Assembly (NCBI RefSeq): GCF_036321535.1 | Contig: NC_087437.1 | Span: 46,502,001-46,566,000, forward strand | Origin: Camelus dromedarius | Taxonomy: Eukaryota | Length of the DNA stretch: 64,000 bases | Direction: 5' to 3' | Shown here: positions 11,877 to 25,904 of the stretch, one piece after another | Position numbering within the stretch: position 1 is the first letter of the stretch | How the letters are laid out: every line of letters starts with the position of its first letter | Notes under the pieces: generated by a model | What the model was told of the DNA's origin: nothing | The model's database searches: none | Seen by the model: the letters and a program-made list of their open reading frames with translations, nothing else | Made by a program: the position numbers and the translations under genes

Positions 11877-13819
11877 TTTTTCAAATATTGAAGAGAATTC
11901 ATATTTACCAGACCTGCATTACAAGACTTTTTCACAACCAAGAGGTAAGAGAATTAGTCACCAGCAGAATTAAGCAACAAGAAATGCTAAAGAAAGTTCT
12001 TCCAGGTGAAGGGAAAAGAAACCAGATTTATAGGATTGAATGAATAGCAGTGGAAAGGATTATAAGTCTTTCGTTGCTATTATTGTTATCACTGTAGTAA
12101 GGATGCGAGCAACACTCCTACCAATGCTATATCCTAAGTAGAATCTAGAAGTCAACAGATATCCTTTAAGTGTAATGGTACAGATCGAAAGTAAAAGGAT
12201 GGTAAAAGAGAATCCATGCCAAAAACTTAAGAAACCTAATGTGGCTACATTAACATCAGACAAAGTGGACTTTCAGATCAGGAGCAAGACCAGAGGTCAA
12301 GAGAGTACTTTTAAATGACAAAAGGGCCACTTCATCAGTAAGGAATAAGAATCTTAAATGTGTAGGCACCTAACCAGAGAACTTAAAAATAGATGAAGCA
12401 AAAATCTAACAGAAATATAATAGGGGAAAATAGAGAAATCTATCATTTTAGTTAGATATTTTAGAAGTCTTCTCTTAGTGATTGACAGAACAAGCTGGCA
12501 GAAAAATTGAATAAGAATATAGATACAGAAGATCTAAACATCACCAACCACCTGAACCTCATCACTCTTCAGAGGACCCTACACTCAATAATTGCAAAAT
12601 ATACATTCCTTTCAAGTACTCATGGAACTTTCACCTAGATCATATGCTAGATCACTTTAATATAAATCTCAATCAATTTAAAATGACTAATAGGGTAGAG
12701 AATATATTTCTCTGACCAGTGTGATAAATTAGAAATCAATAACAACATGGTATCAAGGAAATTTTTATATATATGGAAATCAAACAAAACATTTCTAAAT
12801 AACCCATGGATCAAAGAAGTACCCACCAAAAGAAATCAGGCAATACTTTGAGCTAAATGATAACAAAAAGCACCACATATCAAAATTTGTGAGATGCAGC
12901 TAGAGTGGTTCTTAGAGTGAAATTTGTAGATTGGACTGTTTCCAATAGCAAGAAAGAAAAATTGAAAATCTGTCACTTCCTTGTGCTGAATAAATTGTTA
13001 GTTTTTAATCATTATTAATGGCATCGTCTACATAGGAAATCTGGCAAGCATAGTTTAGACAAATTTATTTTAAAAAACTTGTGCCTATGCAGGAGGTTAA
13101 TGTTACCTGTAGTTTTCATTATCAATGGCCATTCGTAAGCTTGGCAAGGAATTTCATAAGCATAGATTCCATCAACTGGTAAAGGAAGAGAGCAAATAAT
13201 TTGTTGCTTTAAGACCTGGTTCTGCCTTTTTCCTCTGCCACTTCCTAGTGGTATGAGTATCTCTCATTTTCAATTTCCTCATTCGTAAAAGAAAAAAATA
13301 TCTGCTGTATGTATGTCAAAAAGTTGCTCTAAAAATGAAACACTACTTGAGAAACAGTCTTTAAAATGTTAAGTGCCAAGACAAGTTAAGGTGTTTATAA
13401 TTATCAATAAATGGAGCTAGAAAATATTCTCCCCTCTGTGTGTTATTTTTTGCTTGTTTCATGGGAATTGTCATTCTCTCAGATTTTTAAATATGACCTT
13501 GAACTCATAAAGGTTTTGATATTGAAGATCTATGGAAATCATTACAAAATTAGACCAGAAAAGAAACTAACTGGCAACTGCAATGTTAGGAGCTTGAGCC
13601 ACCTTCGTGGCCTGTGACGCCTGTTAAGTCCCATTCACAATCCTGGATGTAAGTCAGGGTCCCCATCACCTGGTCTCTCTCTCTCTCTCTGCCCTCCAGC
13701 TTCAATTTACCCAACCTAGCTCCAAACCTTTGGGGCTGTTTCATACCTTTTGGGTATGTGATCATGCAATAACCCATGTCCTCAATGTTTTTCAGAATTT
13801 TTTACCTGAAAAATCGACA

Positions 13820-14130
13820 ATAAGTCTATCTGTTTCTAGTTCAGGCATCATCTTCCTAGAAAGCCTTTCCTGAATCTCCTCAAGAACTAATCCCTTTTCC
13901 CCGTCGACCCCACAAAATTCTGCACGGAATGCAGGATTATAGTCCTGTAGTCCTGTAGTCCCTGACTGTGTGTATTTTCTCTTTGGGAGTTTGTCTCATC
14001 TAGCAGACTCTGAGTTCCACAAGGGAAGGACCATATTTTTTTCATTTTTGTACCCTTGGGGTGTAGTAGAGAACCTGGTGCATATTAAAGACTCAATAAA
14101 TATCTACTGAATTTTAAAAGAATTGAATTG
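13820..14130 (+). mobile_element. LINE-2 3' fragment
   Basis: catcttcctagaaagcctttcctga...agactctgagttccacaagggaaggacc...actcaataaatatctactgaa. Confidence 0.7.
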
Positions 14131-17100
14131 AATGGCTTGTTTTTATGAATCTATTGAAAGTATAGCGGAAAGGAGCAAAGCTTTTAAAAAGCCATAAGGA
14201 AATTTTGGAATTTCCAGAAATTTTTATTTGAATGTGGTTCCTACTATTAAAATTAAATGATTGCTAGGTAGGCACCAATATTGTTCACCAAAGACCATAC
14301 ATAAGTATCTAATCTTAGTGAAAATGAGCTTTCAGTGGCTAGAGATCTATGTATGTCTAAGATGAGCTAGGCAGTCTATGTTAACACAAACCAGTTACTG
14401 AAACTGCCTTCTGGATGACATCACATCATACCACATCATAATTATGGCACAGATTATGAAAAGGCTTATACATAGACTGACTTTAAATTAAAAGGTCTCT
14501 CTGAGGAGACACACTATTTCAGCAGAGGGTCTTTATATAAAAGTGGGTCTTGCAGATACCCAGTTGCCTTAACTTTGCATTGAATAACCATGTCCACATT
14601 AGATGTGTCACAATGAAGCTTTAAAATGCCTCCTTTTAGTTGTGTGGAACCTTTGCTTCAGACTGGGATAGGAAAAGAACAAATACATTTTTACGAGTGT
14701 GGTTGTTTTTCTGTCTTTGTTATAAGGGAAGTTATGAACATTTCAATACTATCTTTTAAAGTGGTTAACTGTCAAATTACTGTAGCTATGCCCTGAGATA
14801 GAGATGAAACCTTTATAAAACCTGCAACAACTCTGGAAGATTATTCAAACTTATGGTTTTTCTTTTCTTTTCTTTTTTTAAAGTGTATTGTTCAAGCACT
14901 AATTTATTTAAACTTTTCTTGGAGCCATAATGTGTAGTTCTTGTTTTCCCAGTATAGTACCTGAGCATAATAAGATGGTTGGAAATTTTATTCTATCAGA
15001 TGTATTACTCTACATAGTGATAGGAATATTTAATGCCAGACTAGTTCCTTCGCAAATAATACTTGGGAAAAAATTTCACTCCTTTTACTGTCAGCTTATA
15101 TTAATGTTCCTCACCTTGAATGCCAAATATAGAAGAAAAAGAAATCCTAAAAGAGATACATTGTTTTCTTTCTTTTTTATGTCATATTTTTGCTCCATAA
15201 TTTTTCTTGGTTAGGTGGTTTTGTTTTAAGTTCCCCTCTTCTCCATCTTTCTTTCTTGTTTACTCCAAGAATGCAAACTTGACCTTGACTTTAAGGTCAA
15301 AGCATTTTCAAACTGTGCAGTCAGCAGAGAATAGGGAAAAAAAAATCAATGTGAAACATATTAGAGAAGAATAAGGGTAAGCGTAATGCAGAGGTGCTGG
15401 GAAAAGTCATGCAGGAATTGGAAACAACTGAGGTAATACTTGAAGTAAGAATATACCACATTGAGATTTTTTTAATTTCCTTCTCTTTTACTTCCCTTTT
15501 CTTACCTGAGAGGGAGTTAGAATTATGGTATTTAAAGCCTAGACCATTTTCAAAAGATTTTTAGGGGCCAAAATTTACTTTTGACATGTAAAGATGAGAC
15601 TTCTGTTTCATTTTCCCCCCTGAAGCCCCTTTTTCCTCCTCTGTTTCTGTTGAAGGTAGGGGAAACGACCAGTCCATAGACCTGATGTGGCATACAAGTT
15701 TAGGAGTGTTTCCTGAAGCTCTATGTTGAAAATTGCACTGAAAATTCTGAGGTCTTTCATATCAGCATTGGGAATAAACCTAATTTTGAATGAGGACATA
15801 TTGTGATTTTATAAAGATTTGTACCCCATGTAAAGACTGAAAAGGGCTGAATAGAATCCCAGTGAAAATTTTGATCATAAAATTATCCATGTAGCCCTTT
15901 CCGGAATCCAGTCACAGACATTAGAAAGAAAGAAAGAAAACAAAGTGTTAGACCAAATGTCATTTATGGAAAAGATTAAACTCTCTTTCCTATTTATTTA
16001 CCACTAGATTCAAACACAAATTTGGCATAGGAAAAAAATCCCACTGTTTGTTGAAGATTAATATTTACTAAAACTTACTGAAGTAGAAGATGCTCAGAGA
16101 AAATTTTGGAATGATCAGAGAAAATTTTAACCTTATATCTGTGTGTTATATGTGTACATAGCATCTACGTAAATGCAAATGTGGAAAACCATCATACTGG
16201 CCCTATAGAAAGAGTATGTCTGATTTTAAGTAATTACTAAGCTGAAACAGACCATATTTTGAAACATTTTCTTAAAAAGAGGTTAATATTAAATGTATGG
16301 TAACTTCTCTAAAAATCTAAATTAAACGTATTACACTTGGGATACAGAGAACTATTCGGTAACTCATTAGACTTCTATATTAGAGATGATTATGTCTAAA
16401 ATAAAGCCTTTGCTATCTAACATTCTTTCAAAGCTTGTTACTTTTGCAGTCACCCTGCATACTTAAATTTTATAAAAGCACAAGAATGCATTGAGAACAG
16501 AGCTCCAGGTAGGCTCATTGATAAACATGAGTGTCAGTTACTGGCAGAAATGGGTATTGATGATTTTACCCATATCACAGTTGAGAGTGAGGAAGATTGA
16601 AAAGCACTTTTTCCCCTTAGGAAGCATTTGAAATAATTTCCTGGAAAAAAAGAGAAATCTATAATAGGGGCTGAGTAGGGGAAGATACAAGTTAAGCCAT
16701 TACTTTGATCAGCATGGTGAGTTCAAAGATTGTTCTGCTACATCCTACATTACATCTACATCTTATCTCAAATTTGACAGATTCCCTTAAAGGGTCAAAA
16801 AAGACGAGGACTTCCAAGCTGAATCAAATCTGTACATCTTAATTCATGGAAAATCAGCAGGGAAACAAGAAAGTTTCTCTTAACTAACATTGATTTTCCT
16901 TATATTTATTTTTTCAGTCTGAACACTCCAGGCAAAAAATTCTCTTGGCTTCAACTAATTTGCAAATACCATCATTCACTGCTGTTTTGCTACCCATTTC
17001 TCAAATCTCAATTAAATGTGATGACAGTTTACTTGCTAGAAACACACAGAAAGCTTCTTTCCCAAACAGAGGTCTTCACTCATTTCCTGCTAGTGGACTT

Positions 17101-19199
17101 GGCAAGTGGAATCAAAACATCCATTACTGAGGCTGAGTTCTAATATAGATTATCAACAGAGTTAGCTAAATAATTATAAAATCCTTTAAAAATGCAAAGT
17201 GCAACAGAAATGTATGGTAACAGCTGAGAACAATGTATATAACATGAAACCTGTTTACAGTGGATTTTTGAAGGGATGAATTTAGGTTTCTATTTGTGGA
17301 AAGCTTACATAACCTTCTGAGTCACCCCTAGGATAAACTAAAAAGTGTCTTCTCTCTGCAACTATGTTTTATGTTAAAACAAACAACAACAACGACAAAA
17401 AAGTATTCTGCAAGTCTTGATGCTCTGGCTCAGACTCCACATTCATTGTGAAATAATAGTGAGGAGTGAGATGAGACACAGTTTTGGCCTAAAGAAATAC
17501 TAGTTGAGGGAAGGAAAGAAAGCATGGCTTACTTTCCCCTTATTTCCTCTACATGAATATATTTACTATAAATATAATTAAATATAAAATTGGTATGGTA
17601 TTGCTTTGAGAGACAAGACCTAAACAAATCATAAAATGTTAGAAATATCCCTTTGTATAAAATGGGTACCCACTTCATGTTAACAGGTACTCAACAAATG
17701 TTAGCTACAAAGGATGAAAAACAAACTGTAAGGAGTCTTTGACAGAGACCAGCTGGTCAGCCCTCCTCTTTATAGCCCAAGTGGTTGAAAGACTTGCCCA
17801 GCTCATGCAGTGGGTGACCAGCAGCCAGGCACAGTGACTTCTCTCCCTCATCACTGTCACGGAACCTCTTTGGGCCTCAGCTCATCATTTGATAACAAGA
17901 GTAACTCTACTTGCCCAAGGGTTATTGATCAAAGGTAATAGAGGTTGTGAGAATTCCTTTAAAATTTTAATTCATGGTGCAGTGCCTTGCATGTGGCAGG
18001 CACTTCATAAATCTCTGAGGAATGGAATTTGTTGAATAGCTGTGGTGAGGGCTGGCTCTGATTCATTCCTCAAAGCTCGTTGTGCTTGCCTGGACTCTTT
18101 AATCAGAGGTATGCAACCATCACCTCTGACCTTCATTACCTGGTGGGTGCAGTTACCTGCACTGTGGGAACAGAGTCAGGCCTCCACCTGGTCATGGAGT
18201 GCCAGGACAGGGATGACTTTTTCTTTTGTTCAGAAACTAGGAAGTGCCCTGCTTGACTTGGTGTGAACTCTCGCTGAAGTCTTTAGAAGCCAAGCTGTCT
18301 CTGCCAATCTAGCTGCCCCTGGCAACCTTCATTTTCCCTGCTTTTCTTTCTAAGACAGAAAAATCAGTTGGAAGGTGTTTCCCCTCCATGGTGTCTTCCA
18401 GTCCTGGAGGGAGCTCTGGGGGCAGACCAGATGGCCCTTACTGCCTGGCCCGTGTATATTGTTTTGGTGGAGTGGCTACCACAGGAACATGGAGAAGTTG
18501 TAGCAAAGGGCAGCTGGATCTGAAAATGGGGAAGAAAGAAAAGAAAATGCTAAAAGCCCACAGAATACTGAAGTAGTTTATGGGCTCTTACGCCCCCGGT
18601 CTTTGTTTTGGCTGGCCTTACAGATGGGTTGTGTTTGCTGACTGTAAAAAGACAAAAAAGCTGCTATGGCTTTCTTTGTCCAGTAAATACATTACTGCAT
18701 TTGGTTAATTGTATTTACACATTTTGGCTAAATGATATTTTAAAAAGGGAATGACTCTGGGAATGTTTTTAAAGAGCGTGCAGTGAGGAGAGGTGGGTAG
18801 GACTTCTGCCAGTCCCATCCTGTTCTTTTCTCAGTCCTTTTCCCTCTAAGTCTCTCTTTTTCCTTACGCTCCTTTCCCAAGTAACCACCATGCTCCCAGC
18901 GCCGCCACCACAGGACATCTTGGTGCTTGGAGAGAGAAAGAGGAGGGGAAATAGAGTCTGAGGACTGGGGAAGCAAAGCACAGGGAAAGACACCATCACA
19001 AACAGCTTTGAAAGGAGTTAATCCCCGCACAAATCAATTGGAATGGCAGTCTTGCCTTTCCTCCAACTAGTCCACCAAGTTGAACATCATGGTTTATCAA
19101 TACTCATGAACTCCTGGAATAAGTGATTAGTAAATCATGGTTCAGTGAATGAATAACCCACAGAGATTCTTGATCTGTGGAGCTATATGGCCATTGGAG

Positions 19200-19365
19200 T
19201 TAACATGAGTTGTATGATCGAGGTCAAATCTCTTGGTCTCTCTGAGCCTCAGTTTCCTCATCTATTAGATAAGGATAATGCCTGCTATGTTTGCCTCACA
19301 GAGTTGTTCTGAGAAAGAAATGAGACATGGTTTGTGAAACCATAAAGCATGATGTCGGTCAAGGA
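19200..19365 (+). mobile_element. MIR SINE
   Basis: ctctctgagcctcagtttcctcatct...cctcacagagttgttctgaga. Confidence 0.75.
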
Positions 19366-19554
19366 TATATAGTAATCTATACTTTTATTTCTATTTTACC
19401 TTCCAGAAGAATTTACACACTGAACGTTCTTAGGTTTTGTCAGCATCCAGGTACAGGTGATTTCCCATTTAGTGTTAAGCTTGAATTTTGTAGTACATAG
19501 ATGTATTTTACGGGCTATAAGTTTATTCACTCAGACAGGCATGTCCTTCCCTGC

Positions 19555-19935
19555 AAAGTTCACGCCAGGCGTTTTGGTGGACCAGAGCTGATAATTTTTG
19601 TGCCTTCACAAGTCCAGGCCTGGGCTCCCGTCACCGCAGGTCCTGGCTGCTCTTCCCCCCCCCCCCCCCCCCAGCCTTTGCCCATCTGAAGGGTAGAGCC
19701 CTGCACAGCAGTCTGGGCCCACCAGTTGGCGGTCTTCCGGGAAGTGAGTAGGGAAGAGCTGCCTGGTTGTGCTGTCACACGCAGTGAAACGGCCCCTCGG
19801 TAGTCAGGGGAGCGTGCTGTAGTTCGCACATCTGGCACCAGGGCGGCGCCGGGGCTGCTGCCGTAGCGCTAGGACTGGCCATGGCACCTGGGTCCCCTCC
19901 CACTCACTCCCAGTCCCGCGGCTGAGGCAGGCTTG
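19555..19935. promoter_or_regulatory. Small CpG/GC-rich promoter- or enhancer-like element
   Basis: Densest CpG cluster in the window. TTCCGGGAA (19735-19743) overlaps ETS cores; CTCF-like CCACCAGTTGGCGG (19719-19732); no repeat recognised. Confidence 0.5.
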
Positions 19936-21339
19936 TCATGTCCAATTCCCTCTGGAACGTATTCCCTCAGAAATTCTGCAGAATCCTCCCCACGCTCTAG
20001 CTTCCTTCGCTGCCCTATTACTCTTAGTTCTCTGTGCATTTCTATGTTCATTTGATCCCCAACTGGGAATATGTTTGAAATTTTAAGAGATTCCTTATCC
20101 ACCATATAAATCACCAGATGGGAATAAACAGCATAAAGGACGGATTTCTTCTGAAGCTAAATGCCAGATATATCTATATCTTAGTTCCAGGCTAGCTGGG
20201 ACTGTCTTCTCTCGCCCTTACACTTATTATTGTGAACTTCCTCTGAATGGCATCATAACAACCTCTTTACAGTTAAACAAGGTAACAGAAATCTTATAAC
20301 TTATAATGTCCCAGAGAAAGAATGTCTTTTATTTTTCTAAGACCTTTATCCTTAGGAGTTACGTTTAAGGTGATAAGGTTTAAAATGAAGGGGCAAGTAA
20401 AAGCTTAATATTCTTTTATGTTACCAAGGAAGTTAAAAAAAAAAAAAAAGGAAAATCACTAGTTAATGAATTATAAAGCAGTTGGTTCCTTAGGAAAAGG
20501 ATTCACGGGGCTTTAAGGTAAATTTTTGTTACTGGAGTAGCTTTTATTTTCATGTGTCTTCTAGCATATGATTTCAGCAATGCATGAACCACTTGTACTA
20601 CTTGAAACTGTAAATAGTTCACTCACTTGATCATATCTATATTATTCAATGTTAGCCCTGTATAAAGTGTTAAACAGAGTCTATCATTAGAAACTTAAAA
20701 CCTATAAAGAATTAAATTACAGAAAATAGTTTAAGGATTCATTTACTCAGCATATATTTATTGAGTGTTTATTATGTGCTAGATGCCGGAATGACAAACA
20801 AATGAACAAGATGTAGATCCTGCCTTGAGGGGTAGCAGGTGATTTCCTAAAGACCCCGTATTAGTGTATCATAACGTCCAGGAGTCAGCCAGGAGTTACA
20901 CAGATCATAAATCAATAACCTTATTTCAAGGTTCAGACACTGAGATGGCAAATAAAGCCCAGGCCTGCCCCAGGCAGTATTGACTAAAGCAAAAAATAAC
21001 TTCTAATAGCAGGAGGCAATGAATACTTTTGCTACCAGTAGTAAAAGAAAATTCCCCTTTCTCTCAATCCCTTTCACTTAAATAGCATTTGGATTTTGTA
21101 AAAATCCACAAAGTTTATATTAAATCACTATCCATTAATGCCTTGTTTGGCTTAGAAGGGCAAGGTCTGGGAGATATCATTTTGGGGAACAATTGTCTTT
21201 TACTTGCAGTGGCATAACTGATCATCCAGTTTGCCATTTCTTCCTTATTTGTCATAGTTAATGGACAATGCTGAAAGTTAACACTTCTTTTAAAGACTTG
21301 AAAGACTCAGAGTAGCTGAGACAGTCTAACAAATTTGTT

Positions 21340-21578
21340 AGGAGCCCAACTCTGGGACCAGTTGGCCTAGGTTATTATCCCAGGTGTGTTATGTTCTCAA
21401 GGTGTGATCATAGGCAACAAGTTATCGAACCTCTGAGTACCTAGTTTCCTCATTACTAACATGGGATGATAATAATAACAGTATCATTTCTTAGGGTTGT
21501 TGTGAGGATTAAATGATGATGTTACATCCTTCGTACAATGCCAGCTTACGGTAAGTGCTTTAAGTGTTGGCTATTATT
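21340..21578 (+). mobile_element. MIR SINE, near full length
   Basis: aacctctgagtacctagtttcctcat...agggttgttgtgaggattaaatga...gtaagtgctttaagtgttggctattatt. Confidence 0.85.
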
Positions 21579-22889
21579 GTATCCCAGCTCTTAAGAGTAC
21601 AAAGAGAAACTTGAAGACAATTATCCACCTTCTCATTCTCTTTTTTCCCCCCATAAAGCCACTGGCTAAATTGGAAGTATGTAGTAATGAGGCCAGGTGA
21701 TTACACGGAAAATAAAAGGTATTTTCCAAGCATGAGTGAACCCATAAATAATCTATGGGGTGATTAAAATTGTGATTTAGTAATAACAATTCAAGGAAAT
21801 TTATCAATTTAACAAATCATGGGGTGATATTTAATCAAGAAAATCTTGGATTTGATACTTATTATTCATTTATTTATATTTATTGCATCTTATGTATCAG
21901 TTTATTTATATTCATGATTACCTATTTGGCCTGAAAATAATTTAAGACAGCTTACAAAGGTGCATATTATATAGGAAGGTAAGATTAAATTGAAATTAGA
22001 AGGAAAAATTAGATAAAGGGAAAATAAAGGTATTAAAAGAAGGAGACAGCCTTTTGTATGTGAAATTGTACCTTGAAGTCCCATGCACTTGCTATTAGTG
22101 GTCCATCAAATTGGTTCTGAAATGTCTAGTGGAGAACTTTAAGAGAAGAAATGAAAGTGATAATACAGTTCATTTAGATCAATATGTAAAACAAACAAGT
22201 TGGTCATGAAAAGGACAGTCATTACTGATACTGTGATAAGAGTAATTTCTCCTATGTTGCTCTGTTTTAAAATTCATCAGAAACTTGGAATATGGTCATT
22301 AATAGATTCATACAGTAACTGTTTACTTAGCCCCAGCCCATAGAATTTATTGTGTTAGGTGCTCCAGAGAATGGAGAGATGTCTAAAACTATCTCTGCTC
22401 TCAAAAGAATATGCATCCAATAGAGAGTACAATTAATATATTAGTAAACTAAGTTTAAGGTAGACAGTAACGGTGAGAGCTGTGCTCGTGGTGTTAAAAG
22501 GAGCTTGTGGTGTTAAGTCTCATAGCAATCTTGGATGACCCCAGAGAAGGTGTTATAAGAAGTATATTCTTTGTACTTTATAATATATTAACTAATGGTG
22601 TTTTTTAAATACTTAGTGATTCTTGATTGGGGATATCAAAAGCCACACAGTGCACTATAATGCATAGCCAACTCAGAGCTATTAAAGGTAATTGGGGGGG
22701 AAGATTTGGCATAGATACTAGAAACCTATGGATAATTCTATCCCCTGACCCTGTATACAACTTAGATCGTGAATGCATACACTGGGTTTCAAGCCTGACA
22801 CTAATCCTTCATCTCAAATTGTCACAAATTGGTTCTACAGTTTTCAGAGAGAGCAAAGCAAAACATCACTCTTTTGTAAAGGGTATGTG

Positions 22890-23850
22890 TATTCATTCCA
22901 TATATTCACTCAATGTTATTGGATACTTACTGTATTGTGGCAGTAGTACTGGGCATAGAATTACAGCAAAAATGAATTTTTTTTTCCTGAAGGGAAAGAA
23001 TATTGTTTAAATAGGGAGATAGATGTATAAACAAATGATTATAGCAATGTGACAAGTGCCAATAGATATGTGTAAGAAGAGAAAAGGCCACATTCAGGGG
23101 CATTTGAGTTTCTGTTTGAAAGAGGAGCATTTTGCCAAGTGGAGATTGCATAATATACATACCCGGTAGAGGAAAGGAATGTTCTGAAAACACCTCCCAG
23201 CTTATCAATTTAATATTTCCTAAGTACCTATGAAGGATTCAGTGTGGGGTTAGGTGGTATGCTAATTATGAAGAAATAGAAGACTTGCTATTAGTCTTCA
23301 GAATATCTACTTGTGACGAGCAGATTGAATTTTCCACGCACTTTTAACAGTGATTAAGAGGTCATGACTATGGGTCCTAAATGGTGTGTTACAACATAAA
23401 TTCTGTGGATTATAGCAGAACATGATTATGCAGTTCAGAGGGACCAGGGCAAGCCTCCCAGATGGAGTAAGGCTTGATCTGTTCCTTGAAAACTGGGGTG
23501 TGATTTGGATAGTCGGAGAGAGCATAGTTCAACAGTCCAGCCACAAACATCTACTGACTGCCTACCATGTGTCAGGTTCATGAACAGGGAAACAGCATCG
23601 GGGTCAGGAGGAAACTGGGATTGAGTTTGTGTGCATCTGTGAAAAAACCTGGCTAGACCAGCGAGTTGAGGGTGAGAAATTGTAGGAAAACTATGTAGAG
23701 GAAAACAAGATTGGGCAAAGTGACTCTAGCTAGATTAAAGGGAGTTCTGAAGGGCAGTGGCTTTCATATTTGGGATTTATGAAAATGGGGAATCACTGAA
23801 GGTTTTTGAGTCAGGGAGGAAGCTGATGAAAAAAGTACATAAAGAAGATC
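22890..23850 (-). mobile_element. Cluster of LINE-2 fragments
   Basis: Several antisense L2 tails and bodies (taagtacctatg; ctactgactgcctaccatgtgtcagg; gggaatcactgaaggtttttgagtcaggg). Confidence 0.6.
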
Positions 23851-24163
23851 ACTTTTTCTCATAGAACATAATAACTGGAAGGGATTGTAGAGCTTCCTTC
23901 AGTCACCACCCACTCCAGATTTCCTTCCCACTGCCATCATTCAACAGGAAAAAAAAAAAAGCTTAATGAGGTTATATGATGTGCTTAAGCCCAAATATAG
24001 TAATCCTTCTCCATTTCAGGCCCTTCTCTCCATCCCAGCAGTGTGTGTGCTCTCTAGGCTGGGAGGAGGAGCCTGAGTGAGCCCAGCATCCTGGCCTGGG
24101 ACCACCCAGGCTGGGTGTGGGAGGGGAGGCTGAAGCAGGGCTTGACTCAGCCTATGTTACAGC

Positions 24164-24670
24164 TGCTAAGACCCAGGTCAGGCTGCCCCCAAATACGCCT
24201 CAGTGGCGTATTAATTATTTTGAATTAAAGTTACTTGAGAAACAGCCAATGGCCGGGAAATGGTATTTAAAAAAAATACTCCAACTCTCCCTCTTTCTCC
24301 CCGGAAGTGAGAACTAAATCTTCCATGTGAAGTTACCGTCCTTTGACTAGGAGGATAGAAAGCATCTTTATCACCAGAGTTAAGGAATCCAAGGCTAAGA
24401 AAACTACGTAAACAAACTTTGTTACTTCTTCATTAATCTGTTGCCCCCAAGCACAAGTCTTTTTGTTAAATCTTCACAGATAATTGTTTCTTTGTCTAAA
24501 AATGAAATATAAGCAGCCTGCTTTGGTAACTTTGAGGATCCCATTTCTATGAGATCTCCTTGCATACAAATTAAATTTTTTTCCTTCCTGTTAATCTGTC
24601 TTATGACGATTTAATTATTAGACCAACTAAAGTCACTCAAGAGGATTGGGGGGATCCTTCCTCCTTAACA
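24164..24670 (+). mobile_element. ERV1 5' LTR, MER34-like
   Basis: cccccaaatacgcc...ggcgtattaattattttgaattaaagttacttgagaaacagc matches the MER34-group start. attaaa and cctgttaatctgtctt occur near the end; terminal ...aaca is followed by a PBS. Confidence 0.75.
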
Positions 24671-24672
24671 GT

Positions 24673-24690
24673 TGGTATAGTTGGCAAGAT
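24673..24690 (+). other. Retroviral primer-binding site, tRNA-Ser type
   Basis: tggtatagttggcaagat versus TGGCGTAGTCGGCAGGAT (complement of the tRNA-Ser 3' end): 14/18. All mismatches are transitions, three at CpGs; 2 nt after the LTR end. Confidence 0.8.
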
Positions 24691-25862
24691 ACTGGCTGGA
24701 CCCTGCTTCCCACATCCCCTCACCCTGAGGCTGCTACAGCTGAGAGATCCTGGGACCTCTGACAAAAGCCAGTAGAAAGTCAGAGTTCTTGCCCCATCAG
24801 CCTCCCAATGTCTGCCTGCCGGGTCTGATGGAAGGGAAAAGTCATGGCAGTCCTTTTTCTCTCTGTCTTAACTTAGGTTAGCAGGAGGAAATATCTGTGG
24901 AACTGGTTGCTTGGGATCTAGTGGCTCTGGTATTTGGTAAATGAGTACTCTCAATTTTTATTGATCCTTTCCTCCCAGAGATGGTCACTGTTTTTCTTTG
25001 CCTAAGTCTGTTGCTTTGTTTGTCATAAGAAGGAAGAACCACAGGGCAGAACAGCAAACATAAGCCCGTTATACACCTGCTATTCAAGCTGGCCTCACTG
25101 ACTGATGAGTTAACAGTTTCCACCAGACCATGTCTGTTTAGACGAACTCTGCTGGGGGTCCCCTATGTAAAAACTGCATGAGGTTTTTCCTTCCATCTTG
25201 TTCCACATCCTGAGAGCTTCACTTTGTGACCAGTGAGAATATTCTCTCCGATCTTTGCAACCCAGAAGGTGTACTTAGTGGGGTCGAATAGACACAGTGT
25301 CTAGAAGCCAGTTGAATAGACTGAGGTTTCAAGACAGTGGTGTAAGCAGCACTGTCTCTGTCTGGCTGTTCCAGCTCTCGGGGGTATTTGTCATAAGGGG
25401 TCCTAGTCCATAAGGAGCCTTTGTTTTCTTAAGCTTTGTTGCTTGTTAGGGCTGGAGAAGTCCCATTACAGTAGCATCTCTCTGGTGTCACAGATTAGCA
25501 GGTCTATGACTGGAGGCATACCACGTTCTCACGGGAAAGTGGAGACCATTTTCACCCCACCATTTTTACCACCTGTAGCAGTGAAGTGTTTTTACTTTTT
25601 TAAAACTAATTCTGAGACTGAAATTTCTAGGTCTTGTGAGGGATAGATACTCTCTTGTGAGGTGCCTTTTGCATCTTCGGCTAAGCCATAAAAAAGGCTT
25701 GTTGGCTGAGCTGCTGTTTGAAATTAATGTAAGATCCTACTCATCAATGGCCAAGTGATGGATTCTTGAAATTGGCTATATTTGAAAGGAGAAAAATTAT
25801 TGGAGAGCTGTCATCATAAACAGCTGTCATATTGGTACTTACAGGAGGATCAAATTGAAAGA

Positions 25863-25873
25863 ACACACACGCA

Positions 25874-25900
<27 letters not shown>
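25863..25900. repeat. (CA)n microsatellite, interrupted
   Basis: Direct reading. Confidence 0.95.

Positions 25901-25904
<4 letters not shown>

Larger units (their letters stand above)
10620..12970 (+). mobile_element. Old L1 5' region, ORF1 and ORF2 endonuclease remnant, interrupted at 11282-11876
   Basis: ORF1-like (tttaaagtgttgaaagag...tctagaattctac; gaaatgctaaagaaagttct) and EN-like (atcagacaaagtggactt; ttctctgaccag...aaattagaaatcaataac; atcaaaatttgtgagatgcagc) segments with many stops. Confidence 0.8.
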
